DNA from: a virus
Lineage: Duplodnaviria; Caudoviricetes
Direction: 5' to 3' (one strand)
Virus record (IMG/VR): IMGVR_UViG_3300014167_000269
Coordinates: 1-39,513 of that record
DNA length: 39,513 nt
The notes beneath the pieces were generated by a model that worked only from the letters and a program-made list of their open reading frames with translations, was not told the DNA's origin and did no database searches. Each line of letters starts with the position of its first letter. Position 1 is the stretch's first letter. Shown here piece by piece: positions 16,779-26,617 of this stretch. Position numbers and translations under genes: made by a program.

Positions 16779-17476
16779 ACCCTCGCCCTAAGACAGGAGA
16801 GGCGCGGAAAGTCCGCCAGCCTCTCAAGATCGACCGGCTGCCGTTGGCGATACAGGACCGTATCCGCGCTGCGCGCATCGCAGGGCGGGTCTGGAAGGAG
16901 ATCGAAGAGGAGTCTCCGTACTGGAAGGAATGGGAGAGCGTTGCTCCCGAGATCGTTGAGCTTTTTCCGGAAAAGCGGCTGCCGCACGCGAATCTTCACC
17001 GCTGGTATGACCTGCGATTCGAGCAGCGGATCGCGGAGGTCGACCGAGACGCGGCGAAGGCACGCACCATTGCAGAGGCTTTTGCCTCGCGGACGTTCGA
17101 GGGGCTTACCGAGTCCACAAAGAATGCCCTGGCCGAGCAGGTCTTCATGCTCACAAACTCGGCCGACGCGCAGGATTCGAAGGCATTTCGCAAGGAATTG
17201 GGCGAGCTGCTCTTCCTGCTGACGAAGCTTCAGAAGGCGGAACTGGATAAAGCCAAGCTGGCGGTGGAGCAACAGAAGCTGGCCGCGCAACAGGAAAAGA
17301 ACGCCGATTTCAATCCGCGCGAGATGTATTTGAACATCGCGCAGGATCTGCTCAAGAAGCTGCGCACCCGCGAGCGAGTGCGCGAAGTACTGGACCCGAT
17401 CCGCGAAGAGTTGATTACCGAGTTCTCACATGGCGCAGAAGCGTACGCAAAACAAATCGAAACGCGATCGGCTTGA
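16775..17476 (+). CDS. Mu gp27/DUF3486-like protein (probable small terminase)
   Basis: 'KIDRLPLAIQDRI' N-terminal motif; upstream of TerL. Confidence 0.75.
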   Translation: MNPRPKTGEARKVRQPLKIDRLPLAIQDRIRAARIAGRVWKEIEEESPYWKEWESVAPEIVELFPEKRLPHANLHRWYDLRFEQRIAEVDRDAAKARTIAEAFASRTFEGLTESTKNALAEQVFMLTNSADAQDSKAFRKELGELLFLLTKLQKAELDKAKLAVEQQKLAAQQEKNADFNPREMYLNIAQDLLKKLRTRERVREVLDPIREELITEFSHGAEAYAKQIETRSA

Positions 17477-19100
17477 GGAGGCGCGCGGGACACTCCGCGC
17501 CGCGTTCCAGGTCGAAGCCACGCAGACGGGAGAGGTTAAGCCTCCCGAGCCGGAGGCTGTTCTCCAGGCGGCGTGGGAGCTCGCGAGCGACATCGAGCGC
17601 TTTGTGTACAAGTACCTGGCTCACTACATGGTGGACCAGGAGACGGGCATCGCGATTGAGCCGGCCGATTTCCACCGGGAGATTTACCAGCTGGCACTGA
17701 CAACGAAGAGGGCAGCGATCGCCGCGCCCCGCGAGCACGCCAAATCCACGGTAATTTCTCTTTTCTTCGTGCTGTATTGCATCTGCTACAAGCTCCGTAA
17801 GTTTATCGTCTTGATCTCCGATACCGAGGCGCAGGCAATCCTGCTGCTGTCTGCGGTGAAAACGGAGCTGGAAAGCAACGACGAGCTGCGGAAAGACTTC
17901 GGCGACCTGGTGGACTCGGTCAAATGGGGAGAGCGGGACATCATCACCGCCACCGGTACGCGTCTGAGCGCACGCGGCGCCGGTCAGTCACTGCGCGGCC
18001 TGCGTCAGCGCATGTACCGTCCGGACCTGGTGATCTGCGATGACCTGGAAGATGACGAACACATCGACAATCCGGAATACCGGCTCAAGCTGGAGCGCTG
18101 GTTCAAGAACGTCGTCCTAAATCTTGGCAAGAGCTGCCAGGTGTTTGCCATCGGCACCATCCTCCACTACGACTCGCTGCTCTCGCACCTGCTCGATAAG
18201 GAAAAGTTTAAGAAGTTCCTGAAGCGGAAGTTTGAAGCGATCGATGAAGAGCGAACTCCGGGGTCCGTGTTGTGGGCGGCGAAGTGGTCCGCCGCGGATC
18301 TGGCTGCTAAAGAAGAGGACATCGGTCTTACGGAATTCAATCAGGAGTTCCGCAATCAGCCGGTGAGCTCGGACACTGCCAGCTTCAAAGAGTCGGACAT
18401 CATTCGCCACGCCTTCACCCGCGAGTCGATCGAGGGCAAGGAGCTGGTGAAGCTAACCGGCATCGATCCGGCGATCAGTAAGAAGGAAAAGGCAGACGAC
18501 TTTGCCAGCGTCACGGTTGGCATCGACGAGCACGGCTACATCCTGGTACTGCGTGCGGAAGGCAAGAAACTTTCGTTCCCGGAGCAATGGCGATTTGTCC
18601 TCAATCGCTTCGACGAGGAGCAGCCGATTGCGATTGGCGTGGAGACCGTTGCCTATCAGAAAGCGCTGAAGGAGCACGTCGAGGAGGTCTCGCGTGAGAC
18701 CCAGCGCTATATCCCAGTCGTTGAGATCAAGTCCGACCAGGACAAGTTTCGCAGGATCGTTTCAATTTCGCCGTTGGTTGAGAACGGCACCATTCGCTTC
18801 TGCCTGGACGGTACACAGAAGAAGCTGATCAGCCAGCTCCTTTATTTGGGAAAGATCAAGGACGACTTAGCGGATGCATTGACGATGGCAGTCTCGCTGG
18901 CTCGGGAGCGCGGCTATAAGCCCGCGATGGCTTCGAATACTTCCACGGAAGCGCACGGCCGCGATCGCGGAGCCATGAGCCAGGCAATGCAAGAGCCGGA
19001 AAGAGACGAGCCCGGAACGGACGACGGGCAGGATTGGGGATCACGCACCATGCGGAATCACGGCAGTAGCGACCGGAGGTCAGTATGGGCTGGACGCTAA
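17430..19100 (+). CDS. terL: terminase large subunit
   Basis: 'APREHAKST', 'RPDLVICDDLED', 'IGTILH', nuclease 'GIDPA...DD', 'DDLADAL'. Confidence 0.95.
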   Translation: MAQKRTQNKSKRDRLEEARGTLRAAFQVEATQTGEVKPPEPEAVLQAAWELASDIERFVYKYLAHYMVDQETGIAIEPADFHREIYQLALTTKRAAIAAPREHAKSTVISLFFVLYCICYKLRKFIVLISDTEAQAILLLSAVKTELESNDELRKDFGDLVDSVKWGERDIITATGTRLSARGAGQSLRGLRQRMYRPDLVICDDLEDDEHIDNPEYRLKLERWFKNVVLNLGKSCQVFAIGTILHYDSLLSHLLDKEKFKKFLKRKFEAIDEERTPGSVLWAAKWSAADLAAKEEDIGLTEFNQEFRNQPVSSDTASFKESDIIRHAFTRESIEGKELVKLTGIDPAISKKEKADDFASVTVGIDEHGYILVLRAEGKKLSFPEQWRFVLNRFDEEQPIAIGVETVAYQKALKEHVEEVSRETQRYIPVVEIKSDQDKFRRIVSISPLVENGTIRFCLDGTQKKLISQLLYLGKIKDDLADALTMAVSLARERGYKPAMASNTSTEAHGRDRGAMSQAMQEPERDEPGTDDGQDWGSRTMRNHGSSDRRSVWAGR

Positions 19101-20707
19101 AGAATCTTACGCGACGCCGCGGGGCATCGTTCCACGAGCGCGCCGGCATGACGCTGCTCGATCTAAAAGAGGCAAGCCAGGCGGTGTATCAGGCTACGGC
19201 GAACGCCCACCTCCAGGAAGTACCGGCACACGTCAAGGAAGTCGTCGGCCCGATGTTGTTCACCATGAACGCAGGCGACGGCGAAGACGTTCACTTCCAG
19301 CGCATCACCTCGCCGAACAGCCTGCGCGACCTGAATCCGTTCATGCAGCAGCGGATGCAGCAGGTCTGCTTCTATCTGGCGGTCACGAATCCATTCGCCA
19401 AGCAGATCATTCGCATGATCACGGCGTTCATCGTGGGTGAAGGTTTTGCCGTCCAGTGCGAGGACAAGCGCACCCAGGAGGTGATCGATAAGTTCTGGGA
19501 CGATCCGATCAACGACCTGGAGAACAACCTTTCGAACTGGACACGCGAAAAGCTGATCTTCGGCGAACTCTGCTTGCCGGTGGCAGTCAATCCGGTGGAC
19601 GGCTTTGTTCGCCTGGGGTACATCGACGCGGCCGATGTCGCCTCAATCCGCTACGGACTGCTGACGACGGGCAATGGGCAGCAGGAGATTTCGATTCCCA
19701 CCCAGGTAAAGCTCTGTTCGCGGGCGGGCGATCCGGCGGCGCGCGAGTTGGCCATCATCCGCCAGGACGAAGACGTCAGCTCGCCTACCTACGGCCAGTT
19801 GGTCGGCGAGACGTTCTACTTCGCCATCAACAAGGCGAAGATGGGCACGCGCGGGATCTCCGAGCTGTTTGCCCTGGCGGACTGGGTGGATGTGCTCGAT
19901 CAGATGGTCTTCGACTTCGCCGATCGCGCCCGCTACCTGAACCAGTTCATCTGGGATGTCTGCGTGACCGGGGCAACCGAGAACGAGTTGCAGAAATTCA
20001 ACGACGAGTTCAGCCGCCAGCCTCCCCGCCAGGGAACGGTGCGATGCCACAACGAGAAGATGGCGATCACCGCGGTGACCCCGGATCTGAAAGGCAATGA
20101 TTTCGGCGACTCGATCCGCAACGTAAAGCACTACGGTTGCGGCGGCGCAGGTCTGCCTCCGCATTGGATGGGCGACCCCAACGACGCCAACCGCGCAGTG
20201 GCCGCCGAGATGGATGGTCCGACTGGCAAGGTGCTGACCGAGCACCAGAACCTCGTGATCCGCGATACCACCCAGATCCTGAAGTTTGTGATTGCCCAGG
20301 CAAAGGCGCACGGCACGTTGGCCGAGGATGCCGACGAAACATTCACCATCCAGACGCCGGACCTGTTGATGAAGGACTTCGCCAAGGGCGCGCAGATTCT
20401 GCAGGGTGCAACCGCTTCGCTGTCGATCGCCGAAGACCGCGGCTGGATCCGCGGAGTGACGGCGGCGCGGGCGTTTGCCAATGTGCTGACGCAGATCGGT
20501 ACGGATATCGATGATCCGCAGGACGAGTATGAGCAGGCGCAGCAGGAGCAGCAGGACAAAAAAGCGCGGGACATCGACAGCCTTAGTTCCCAGAAGAACC
20601 TGGCAAACGCGCTGGCCCAGAAACCGGAACCGGGGAAGGTGAACGGCGAAGCACCGCAGGACGGCGGCGGCGTGCCGTTACAGCAGCCGGATGTGGTTGT
20701 CAATTGA
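19085..20707 (+). CDS. portal protein
   Basis: 540 aa after TerL; 'FIVGEGF', 'IFGE', 'RGISEL', 'GLPPHWMG...NRA'. Confidence 0.85.
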   Translation: MGWTLKNLTRRRGASFHERAGMTLLDLKEASQAVYQATANAHLQEVPAHVKEVVGPMLFTMNAGDGEDVHFQRITSPNSLRDLNPFMQQRMQQVCFYLAVTNPFAKQIIRMITAFIVGEGFAVQCEDKRTQEVIDKFWDDPINDLENNLSNWTREKLIFGELCLPVAVNPVDGFVRLGYIDAADVASIRYGLLTTGNGQQEISIPTQVKLCSRAGDPAARELAIIRQDEDVSSPTYGQLVGETFYFAINKAKMGTRGISELFALADWVDVLDQMVFDFADRARYLNQFIWDVCVTGATENELQKFNDEFSRQPPRQGTVRCHNEKMAITAVTPDLKGNDFGDSIRNVKHYGCGGAGLPPHWMGDPNDANRAVAAEMDGPTGKVLTEHQNLVIRDTTQILKFVIAQAKAHGTLAEDADETFTIQTPDLLMKDFAKGAQILQGATASLSIAEDRGWIRGVTAARAFANVLTQIGTDIDDPQDEYEQAQQEQQDKKARDIDSLSSQKNLANALAQKPEPGKVNGEAPQDGGGVPLQQPDVVVN

Positions 20708-20829
20708 AAAGCGCGACGGGCATCCGGAAAGGCATGAGGGGCAAGGAGTTGGGAATCGCGCAGAAACGGCCCTAGGACGTTTTCAGGGTAGGTGAGTAGC
20801 TGGACGACGGAGTAAATGGCAGGGCGGTA

Positions 20830-20849
20830 CCGTGTGAGGCCTCACACGG
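20830..20849. repeat. perfect 20-bp palindrome
   Basis: CCGTGTGAGG|CCTCACACGG in the 200-bp portal-distal intergenic region. Confidence 0.9.
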
Positions 20850-20907
20850 GGATCAAGGTGAGGGCCTTAACCCTCCGAAACAGAAATTCTGGATTTGAGG
20901 AGACGAA

Positions 20908-21195
20908 ATGCCGGGTGCAGAACAAATTCCGAACCTGATGAGCGTCGAGAATCTGATGCCGAAGTATCGGTGCCACAAAAAGGTGCGTGCGGCCAAGATC
21001 GCGAAAGTCGAAGGCCGGGAACTCGTGCTCGTTGTCCACGGGCCGACTGTATATACGCTGCGCTGCCCGGTGACGGAAGCGTTCATCGCGAAACACAATC
21101 CGGTGGCCGGTGGCTACTACGTCGTCTATGAGGACGGATACAGATCGTTCTCGCCGGCAGCGACGTTTGAAGGCAGATACACCCGAGAAGGCTAG
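20908..21195 (+). CDS. small phage protein, candidate anti-defence
   Basis: GAGGAG SD; 'KYRCHKKVRAAKI...GGYYVVYEDGYRSFSPAATFEGRY'. Confidence 0.7.
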   Translation: MPGAEQIPNLMSVENLMPKYRCHKKVRAAKIAKVEGRELVLVVHGPTVYTLRCPVTEAFIAKHNPVAGGYYVVYEDGYRSFSPAATFEGRYTREG

Positions 21196-21205
21196 GAAGG
21201 ACTTA

Positions 21206-22114
21206 ATGAGCGTTCAATCCGAATTCGCGGCCAAGGTAGCTGAGCTGATCGCCCAGACGAAGGATCTGGCGCCGGCTGCCCGCTCGCGTGTCCTGGAGAT
21301 GCTCGCCGCCGCCCGCCGCGAGATCCTCGGACGCCTGGCGGATGTGGATCCCGGCAGCTTCTCGGCCGCTCAGTTGACGGAGTTGAAGCGGTCGATCGAC
21401 GCCGCGATGGATAAGTTCCGCTCGGACGCAACCTCATTCCTGGATTCGGCGGAAGCGCACGCGGCCCGGCTGGGTGCGCAGGGCGTGACTCAACCGCTCG
21501 TCAGCGCAGGCCTGGAAGCGGTGACGATGGGCCACGTCAATCCGACGACGCTTTCGATCGCCCAGGGCTACACGGCCGATCTGATCACGAACCTCTCGCG
21601 CCAGGCGTCGCATGACATCAATGCGGCGCTGCAGCGGGCCTTCCTGGGAGGCCAGAGCTGGGACCAGATCGTGCAGCAGATCGGCCGTGGATTGGGAGCC
21701 GAAGGGCGCGTAAGCATCTTCGACAAGATTGGCGACCGTGCCGCGACGATTGCCGAGAACGAGATCCTGCGAGTGCATGCAATCAGTGGACAGGCGCGCA
21801 TGGAAGAACTTGCGGAGCGCCATCCCGATCTGCAGAAGAAGTGGGTCCACATTCCGGTGGCGCGTGTGCCTCGGCTTTCGCATTACCTCGCGAACGGGCA
21901 GGTCAAGGATGTGACCGATCCCTTTGAGATTCCGGTACTGCCTGGCGCGGAACCGGAGGAGTTGATGTATCCGCGCGATCCGAACGGCTCGCCGGAGAAC
22001 ACGATCAACTGCCACTGCCTTAGCGTTCCGCACTTTTCGGCGGATGCGTTGAAGCCGACGGCAGGACACAAAGCGTTGTTGGACAAGTTGGGAATCGCAA
22101 TCAAGGTTGCGTAA
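21206..22114 (+). CDS. MuF/SPP1 gp7-like minor head protein
   Basis: 'RAATIAENE', 'KKWVH...RLSH..ANGQ', 'LMYPRDP...ENTINCHC'; start MSVQ at 21206. Confidence 0.9.
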   Translation: MSVQSEFAAKVAELIAQTKDLAPAARSRVLEMLAAARREILGRLADVDPGSFSAAQLTELKRSIDAAMDKFRSDATSFLDSAEAHAARLGAQGVTQPLVSAGLEAVTMGHVNPTTLSIAQGYTADLITNLSRQASHDINAALQRAFLGGQSWDQIVQQIGRGLGAEGRVSIFDKIGDRAATIAENEILRVHAISGQARMEELAERHPDLQKKWVHIPVARVPRLSHYLANGQVKDVTDPFEIPVLPGAEPEELMYPRDPNGSPENTINCHCLSVPHFSADALKPTAGHKALLDKLGIAIKVA

Positions 22115-22129
22115 AGGAGAACGAGGATC

Positions 22130-22474
22130 ATGCCAGAAGAAATCGCAATTCCGGAAGCGCCAAAGCATCTGCCGGCAAAACTGAAGGCCGAGTGGAAGAA
22201 AGCCTATTTAGCCGCATACAAAAAGGCGCAGGCGGACTATCCCGAGCAGAAGACGATGCAGGCACAATGCGCGCTGCGCGAAGCCAATCGCCTCCTGCAG
22301 GTACCGGAGATCAGGTCCTACAAGGACGCGATCGACTTGCCGAACCACCATGTGGTACAGCGCGAGGTGGTTAAAACCGACGAGGGGCACGAGCTGCGCC
22401 TGGTGACTTCCGACGGCAAGAAGCATAAGTTCCCGGCGCCTGCGCCTGAGGAACCGAAGACCACGAAAGCCTAA
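22130..22474 (+). CDS. ChaB-like small protein
   Basis: 'HLPAKLKAEWKKAYLAAY...A...A' helix pattern; AAGGAG SD. Confidence 0.5.
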   Translation: MPEEIAIPEAPKHLPAKLKAEWKKAYLAAYKKAQADYPEQKTMQAQCALREANRLLQVPEIRSYKDAIDLPNHHVVQREVVKTDEGHELRLVTSDGKKHKFPAPAPEEPKTTKA

Positions 22475-22491
22475 CCGCAAGGGAGCGAGCG

Positions 22492-24969
22492 ATGAAGCAC
22501 AAAACTGCTTTGCTTATGGTGGACGGGAACGCTCGAAGCGGGATACTGCTGGCGATTGAAGAGCGCGCAAAGGTATCCGAGGCGGGCGTTGTCGGCGGCG
22601 ATGAGAGCGAGTCGATCGAAGATCAGTTGTCCGAGATCGATCGCGCCCTCGATAAGAAGTTCGGTACAGACCAGAACGGCTGGTCGAATTACCGCATCGT
22701 CGAGACCTTCCCTGCCTACGTCATCGCCAGGGGGCCGGACGGCGAGCTGTACCAGATCAAATACTCGGCCTCTGATTCCGGCGACGGCTATACCTTCGAG
22801 GATCCCATCCAGGTGGAGACGGCGTACGTCCCGGTCAGCCAAGCAGCGCGCTTCGTGGTCGAATCCGAATGCGGCGGAGATCCACTCGTCTATCCGGTAA
22901 TTGCCATTGAGTCAGGCTGGGGCGGCGGTACCGTCAACGGGTCTAACGCGCCGCATTACTTCACGCCGGAGACGGTGGCGCAGGTCGCCGAGGCGCTGAA
23001 TAGCACGAAATTCGGCAGATGCCATCCTCTCGTGGGGGATGGCGCGAATGAACCGGACCGCATCGCGGGCTGGTTCGAGGGAGGACGGCTGGATGGAAAT
23101 AGCGCGGCCGCCAATCTTCACTTGCTGGAGAGTGAGACCGGTCTGGCGAACAAGTTCAGCGCCGCGCGCAAGGCTGGCAAGCTCGGCGAACTCTTCGGCT
23201 TGTCCATCAACGCCTGGATCGGATTCAAGAAGGGCAAGATCGACGGCCGGGACGCGATGGTTTCCGGCAAGCTGGCGAAGCTTTCGAGCGTCGATCTTTG
23301 TGCCGAAGCAGGAGCTGGCGGACGCTTCCTGGTCGCTGCATCGCGCGCGACCTTGACGGAGATCTCCGAACTTCAAACCCAAGCTGTACGACAAACTCAC
23401 GGCAACGCCGAGGCGGGCCGGGATGAAGGAGCAGCAATGAAGAAGCGCATTTTGCAGGTGCTAGAAGCTCTGCGGGCGAAGGATGCCAACCGCGCCGGCG
23501 CGCTCACCACGGAGTTGGAGGGCCTGGCGGAAGCCGCGCTTCCCGATTTCCTGGTGAAAGTGACCGAAGCGGCCATGGCCTCTGTAACCGCAGCCAACAA
23601 CAACGACAACACGGCTCTGGTCGCCGAGGCGAACGCCACCTTGAAGCTGGCGCAGAAGCTGCAGGCGCAGAACCTGATCGACCAGAAGCTGACGGCTTCC
23701 AAGCTGCCTTCGTCTGCGGCGAGCCTGGTGAAGGAACATCTGGCGACGGTGCTGGAATCAAACGCCGCTGGAATTACGGCCGAAGTGATTGACGCTGAGA
23801 TCAAGCGCACGCGCGAGGCTTTTGCGGCTTTCTCGAACGTGGGCCGGGTTAACGGCGCCATCGAGGTTGGCGGAAGCGCGGATGCGTTGCAGGACGCGAT
23901 GGATGCGACCTTCGGAGTGAAGGAAGCAATCGCGAAGGGTGCCAAGCCCTTCAAGCATCGTGGCGTGCCATCTCTCACCCAGGCATACGTCGCGATCACC
24001 GGCGATAGCGACCTGCGCCTCTCAGGCTTCTTTGCCACGCGTGAAGCGGCCGACAACATCCAGTCGAGCGATTTCCCGAACATCCTGCTCAACTCGATGA
24101 CCAAGCGATTGATCCAGGACTATGCGGAAGTTCCCTCCGGCGGAGTGGAGAAGCTCTATACCACGACGACCGTGAGCGACTATAAGACGCAGAACCGAGT
24201 CCGCATGGGTTACTTGGGCGACCTCGCGGTGGTTGGTGAAGGTAACAACTACACGGAGTTCACCCGCCCGACTGATGACCTGGTCAGCTACGGCGTAAAC
24301 AAGATGGGTAACATCTTGTCGATCACTGAGGAGACGATCCGTAACGACGATCTCGGCAAGATCGCACAGTTCCCCGGCCGCATGGCACGCGCGGCGAAGC
24401 GCACGCTGAAGCAGCAGGTCACTAACTTCTTCATCAACAACCCGGCATACAACCCGGACGCACTGAGCTGGTTCAACGCAGCGCATAACAACCTGTTCGC
24501 ACTGCCATTGACGCCAACGAACCTAACCGCGGTGCGCGCGGCCTTGAAGCTCCAGACAGAAAAGGACTCGCTGAAGCCGTTGGCTCTGCCCTTGCAGTGG
24601 CTGATGATCCACCCCGATCTGTGGGGCGTGGCGGTTGCCATCAATCAGTCGGAGAGTTGGCCCACCGGTCCGGGTACGTTCTCAGCGAACCCCTGGTACC
24701 ACGCCTTCGGCGTCAACAATGAAGGCATCATCGAGAACGAGCTGTTGGAATACGCCAACGACTGGTTCTGGGGCTGCTTCCCCACAGAGTGCCCCTGCGT
24801 CGAAATCGGCTTCCTCGGTGGTTACGAGACGCCGCAGATGTACATCAACAACAACCCGTCGAATGGTTCCGTTCCCTTCAGCAAGGACGAAATTCAGTAC
24901 AAGGTCAAGCAAGTGTACGGCGGCAACGTCATCGACTACCGCGGCGTCGGCTATTCAGCGCAGCACTAA
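22492..24969 (+). CDS. fused prohead protease-scaffold-major capsid protein (Mu gpT-like capsid)
   Basis: Protease motifs 'CHP', 'FGLSI', 'SVDL..EAGAGG'; capsid motifs 'SSDFPNIL', 'VSDYK', 'GNILSITEETIRNDDLG', 'IDYRG'. Confidence 0.9.
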   Translation: MKHKTALLMVDGNARSGILLAIEERAKVSEAGVVGGDESESIEDQLSEIDRALDKKFGTDQNGWSNYRIVETFPAYVIARGPDGELYQIKYSASDSGDGYTFEDPIQVETAYVPVSQAARFVVESECGGDPLVYPVIAIESGWGGGTVNGSNAPHYFTPETVAQVAEALNSTKFGRCHPLVGDGANEPDRIAGWFEGGRLDGNSAAANLHLLESETGLANKFSAARKAGKLGELFGLSINAWIGFKKGKIDGRDAMVSGKLAKLSSVDLCAEAGAGGRFLVAASRATLTEISELQTQAVRQTHGNAEAGRDEGAAMKKRILQVLEALRAKDANRAGALTTELEGLAEAALPDFLVKVTEAAMASVTAANNNDNTALVAEANATLKLAQKLQAQNLIDQKLTASKLPSSAASLVKEHLATVLESNAAGITAEVIDAEIKRTREAFAAFSNVGRVNGAIEVGGSADALQDAMDATFGVKEAIAKGAKPFKHRGVPSLTQAYVAITGDSDLRLSGFFATREAADNIQSSDFPNILLNSMTKRLIQDYAEVPSGGVEKLYTTTTVSDYKTQNRVRMGYLGDLAVVGEGNNYTEFTRPTDDLVSYGVNKMGNILSITEETIRNDDLGKIAQFPGRMARAAKRTLKQQVTNFFINNPAYNPDALSWFNAAHNNLFALPLTPTNLTAVRAALKLQTEKDSLKPLALPLQWLMIHPDLWGVAVAINQSESWPTGPGTFSANPWYHAFGVNNEGIIENELLEYANDWFWGCFPTECPCVEIGFLGGYETPQMYINNNPSNGSVPFSKDEIQYKVKQVYGGNVIDYRGVGYSAQH

Positions 24970-24975
24970 ACAAGC

Positions 24976-25020
24976 GCCAGCGGCCGGAGCGGCATCGTTT
25001 GCCGCGTTCCCGCCGCTGGC
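24976..25020 (+). other. GC-rich stem-loop after the capsid gene
   Basis: GCCAGCGGC...GCCGCTGGC outer and GCGGCA...TGCCGC inner stems; no U-tract. Confidence 0.65.
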
Positions 25021-25045
25021 AAGTTCCGAGAGAGAGGACAGAAAC

Positions 25046-25912
25046 ATGAAAAGGCTTCTGACGTTTGGATCACCCGCTAAGGACTTCACGCTTGGCTGGC
25101 TCCTCGCCTTGCTCCTGACGCTCCTGATTGTTCCGATGATGGCGCACGCCCAGGTTGGCTATATCGACGCGACCAGCGGATTCCTGAAGGAGTACAACTT
25201 CCATTCCACCGGCATCACGGAGACCGCGAGCGGTGCGTCGCCCGTGATCGATGTGGGCGCGTACCACGGTGGCGAGTTCACCATCCAGGCCACGGCTCTG
25301 ACCGGAACCAATCCGACCCTGGACGTAATGGTCCAGGCCTGCCAGGACGCGACAACCACGTATTGTGTTCCGCTCCAGATGGCGGAGCAGTTTACCGCCG
25401 CGGGGACGCACCAGCTCCACGTAAAGGGATTCGCACGGTGGTTGCGTGTTCTCTGGACCATTGGCGGTACCGGAACGCCGTCAGCGACATTCTCTATCTA
25501 TGGCGCCTTCAAGCCTTACGGTGGAGAGATTCGCGTCGGCCTCGGAGATCCCTGCCAGCAACCCGGCATTCCCAAGCAGTCGCTCCCGATCGCCGTCTCG
25601 GCAGCGGGAACTACGGCGCTGGTGCCGACGGTTGGCACGAAGGTTACCACGGTCTGCGCGATAACTACGATCTTCGCTTCGGGCACCTCCCCGACGGTGC
25701 AGTTCAAGGCTGGCACGCAGACGACGACGGCCTGTGACACCAACCCGGTCACGCTCACCGGCGCCATGAGCCTTCCAGTCACCGCCGGGCAGGGATTGGT
25801 ACTCGGCGCGGGCGGCACGCTTTTTGCGGCTCCCAGCGGCAACCAACTATGCGTCGTCGCGGGCGGCACCACTCCGGCGTTTAACGGCGTTCTCACCTAC
25901 GTACAGCAGTAA
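25046..25912 (+). CDS. beta-rich protein with apparent Sec signal peptide, in head-decoration position
   Basis: GAGGA SD; 'MKR...WLLALLLTLLIVPMMAHA|QV'; 6 Cys in mature part. Confidence 0.75.
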   Translation: MKRLLTFGSPAKDFTLGWLLALLLTLLIVPMMAHAQVGYIDATSGFLKEYNFHSTGITETASGASPVIDVGAYHGGEFTIQATALTGTNPTLDVMVQACQDATTTYCVPLQMAEQFTAAGTHQLHVKGFARWLRVLWTIGGTGTPSATFSIYGAFKPYGGEIRVGLGDPCQQPGIPKQSLPIAVSAAGTTALVPTVGTKVTTVCAITTIFASGTSPTVQFKAGTQTTTACDTNPVTLTGAMSLPVTAGQGLVLGAGGTLFAAPSGNQLCVVAGGTTPAFNGVLTYVQQ

Positions 25913-25924
25913 AGGAGCAGGACC

Positions 25925-26614
25925 GTGCAGCTCACTGACCTCTTAACCGGTGTCGCCAGCGTAATCCAGGACGCAGCCAATAAGTTGTCTGCGAACGATC
26001 GCGCGGCGGCAGTGCAGCAGGCGATCCTGCAGCGATACAGCAAGGATCACCCGCTGCAAGTGGTCATCGATATCCCCGGCAACGGCACGAGCGATCTGCC
26101 GTTGCCCGAGGGGTACGAAGATGGCTTCTCCTACATCACCCAGGTCGAGTATCCAGGCGGCCAGGTACCGGCGGAGTGCTTGCAGGACTTCGAGTGGCAG
26201 ATGTATCGCGCGCCATCGGGGCTGGTCGTGCGCCTACTGGTGGACGTGCCGGCAGCGGACGAGATGGTTCGGATGAGCTTCACCCAGCGCCATGCTCCGG
26301 ACGCCTCGACGATCTATCCGCAGGATCAGAACGCGGTGATCGACCTCTCGGCAAGCTACTGCTTTGAGGCGTTGGCGGCAATCTACGCCCAGACCGGCAA
26401 CAACTCAATCGCAGCCGACGTGGTGAATTACCGCACCAAGGGGCAGGAGTATCTGGCGCTGGCCAAGGCGGCGCGCAAGCGTTACTGCAGCTTCTTCGGT
26501 ATCCCTGAGGACGGAAATCAGGAAGCGATCGCCAAGCCTGCATTGGTAGTTGCTCCGATGACCCAGTTGATGGGCACTGGCGTCGATCGACTGACGCACC
26601 AGAGGCCGAGGTAA
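25925..26614 (+). CDS. probable head-tail adaptor
   Basis: Position; AAGGAG SD with GTG start; helix-beta-helix layout. Confidence 0.55.
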   Translation: MQLTDLLTGVASVIQDAANKLSANDRAAAVQQAILQRYSKDHPLQVVIDIPGNGTSDLPLPEGYEDGFSYITQVEYPGGQVPAECLQDFEWQMYRAPSGLVVRLLVDVPAADEMVRMSFTQRHAPDASTIYPQDQNAVIDLSASYCFEALAAIYAQTGNNSIAADVVNYRTKGQEYLALAKAARKRYCSFFGIPEDGNQEAIAKPALVVAPMTQLMGTGVDRLTHQRPR

Positions 26615-26617
26615 ACG

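Noticed and set aside
24635-25045. N-terminal extension of the 24635-25912 ORF (possible capsid frameshift fusion)
   Set aside because: Overlaps the capsid gene with low-complexity sequence; no slippery site noticed; good SD-ATG at 25046
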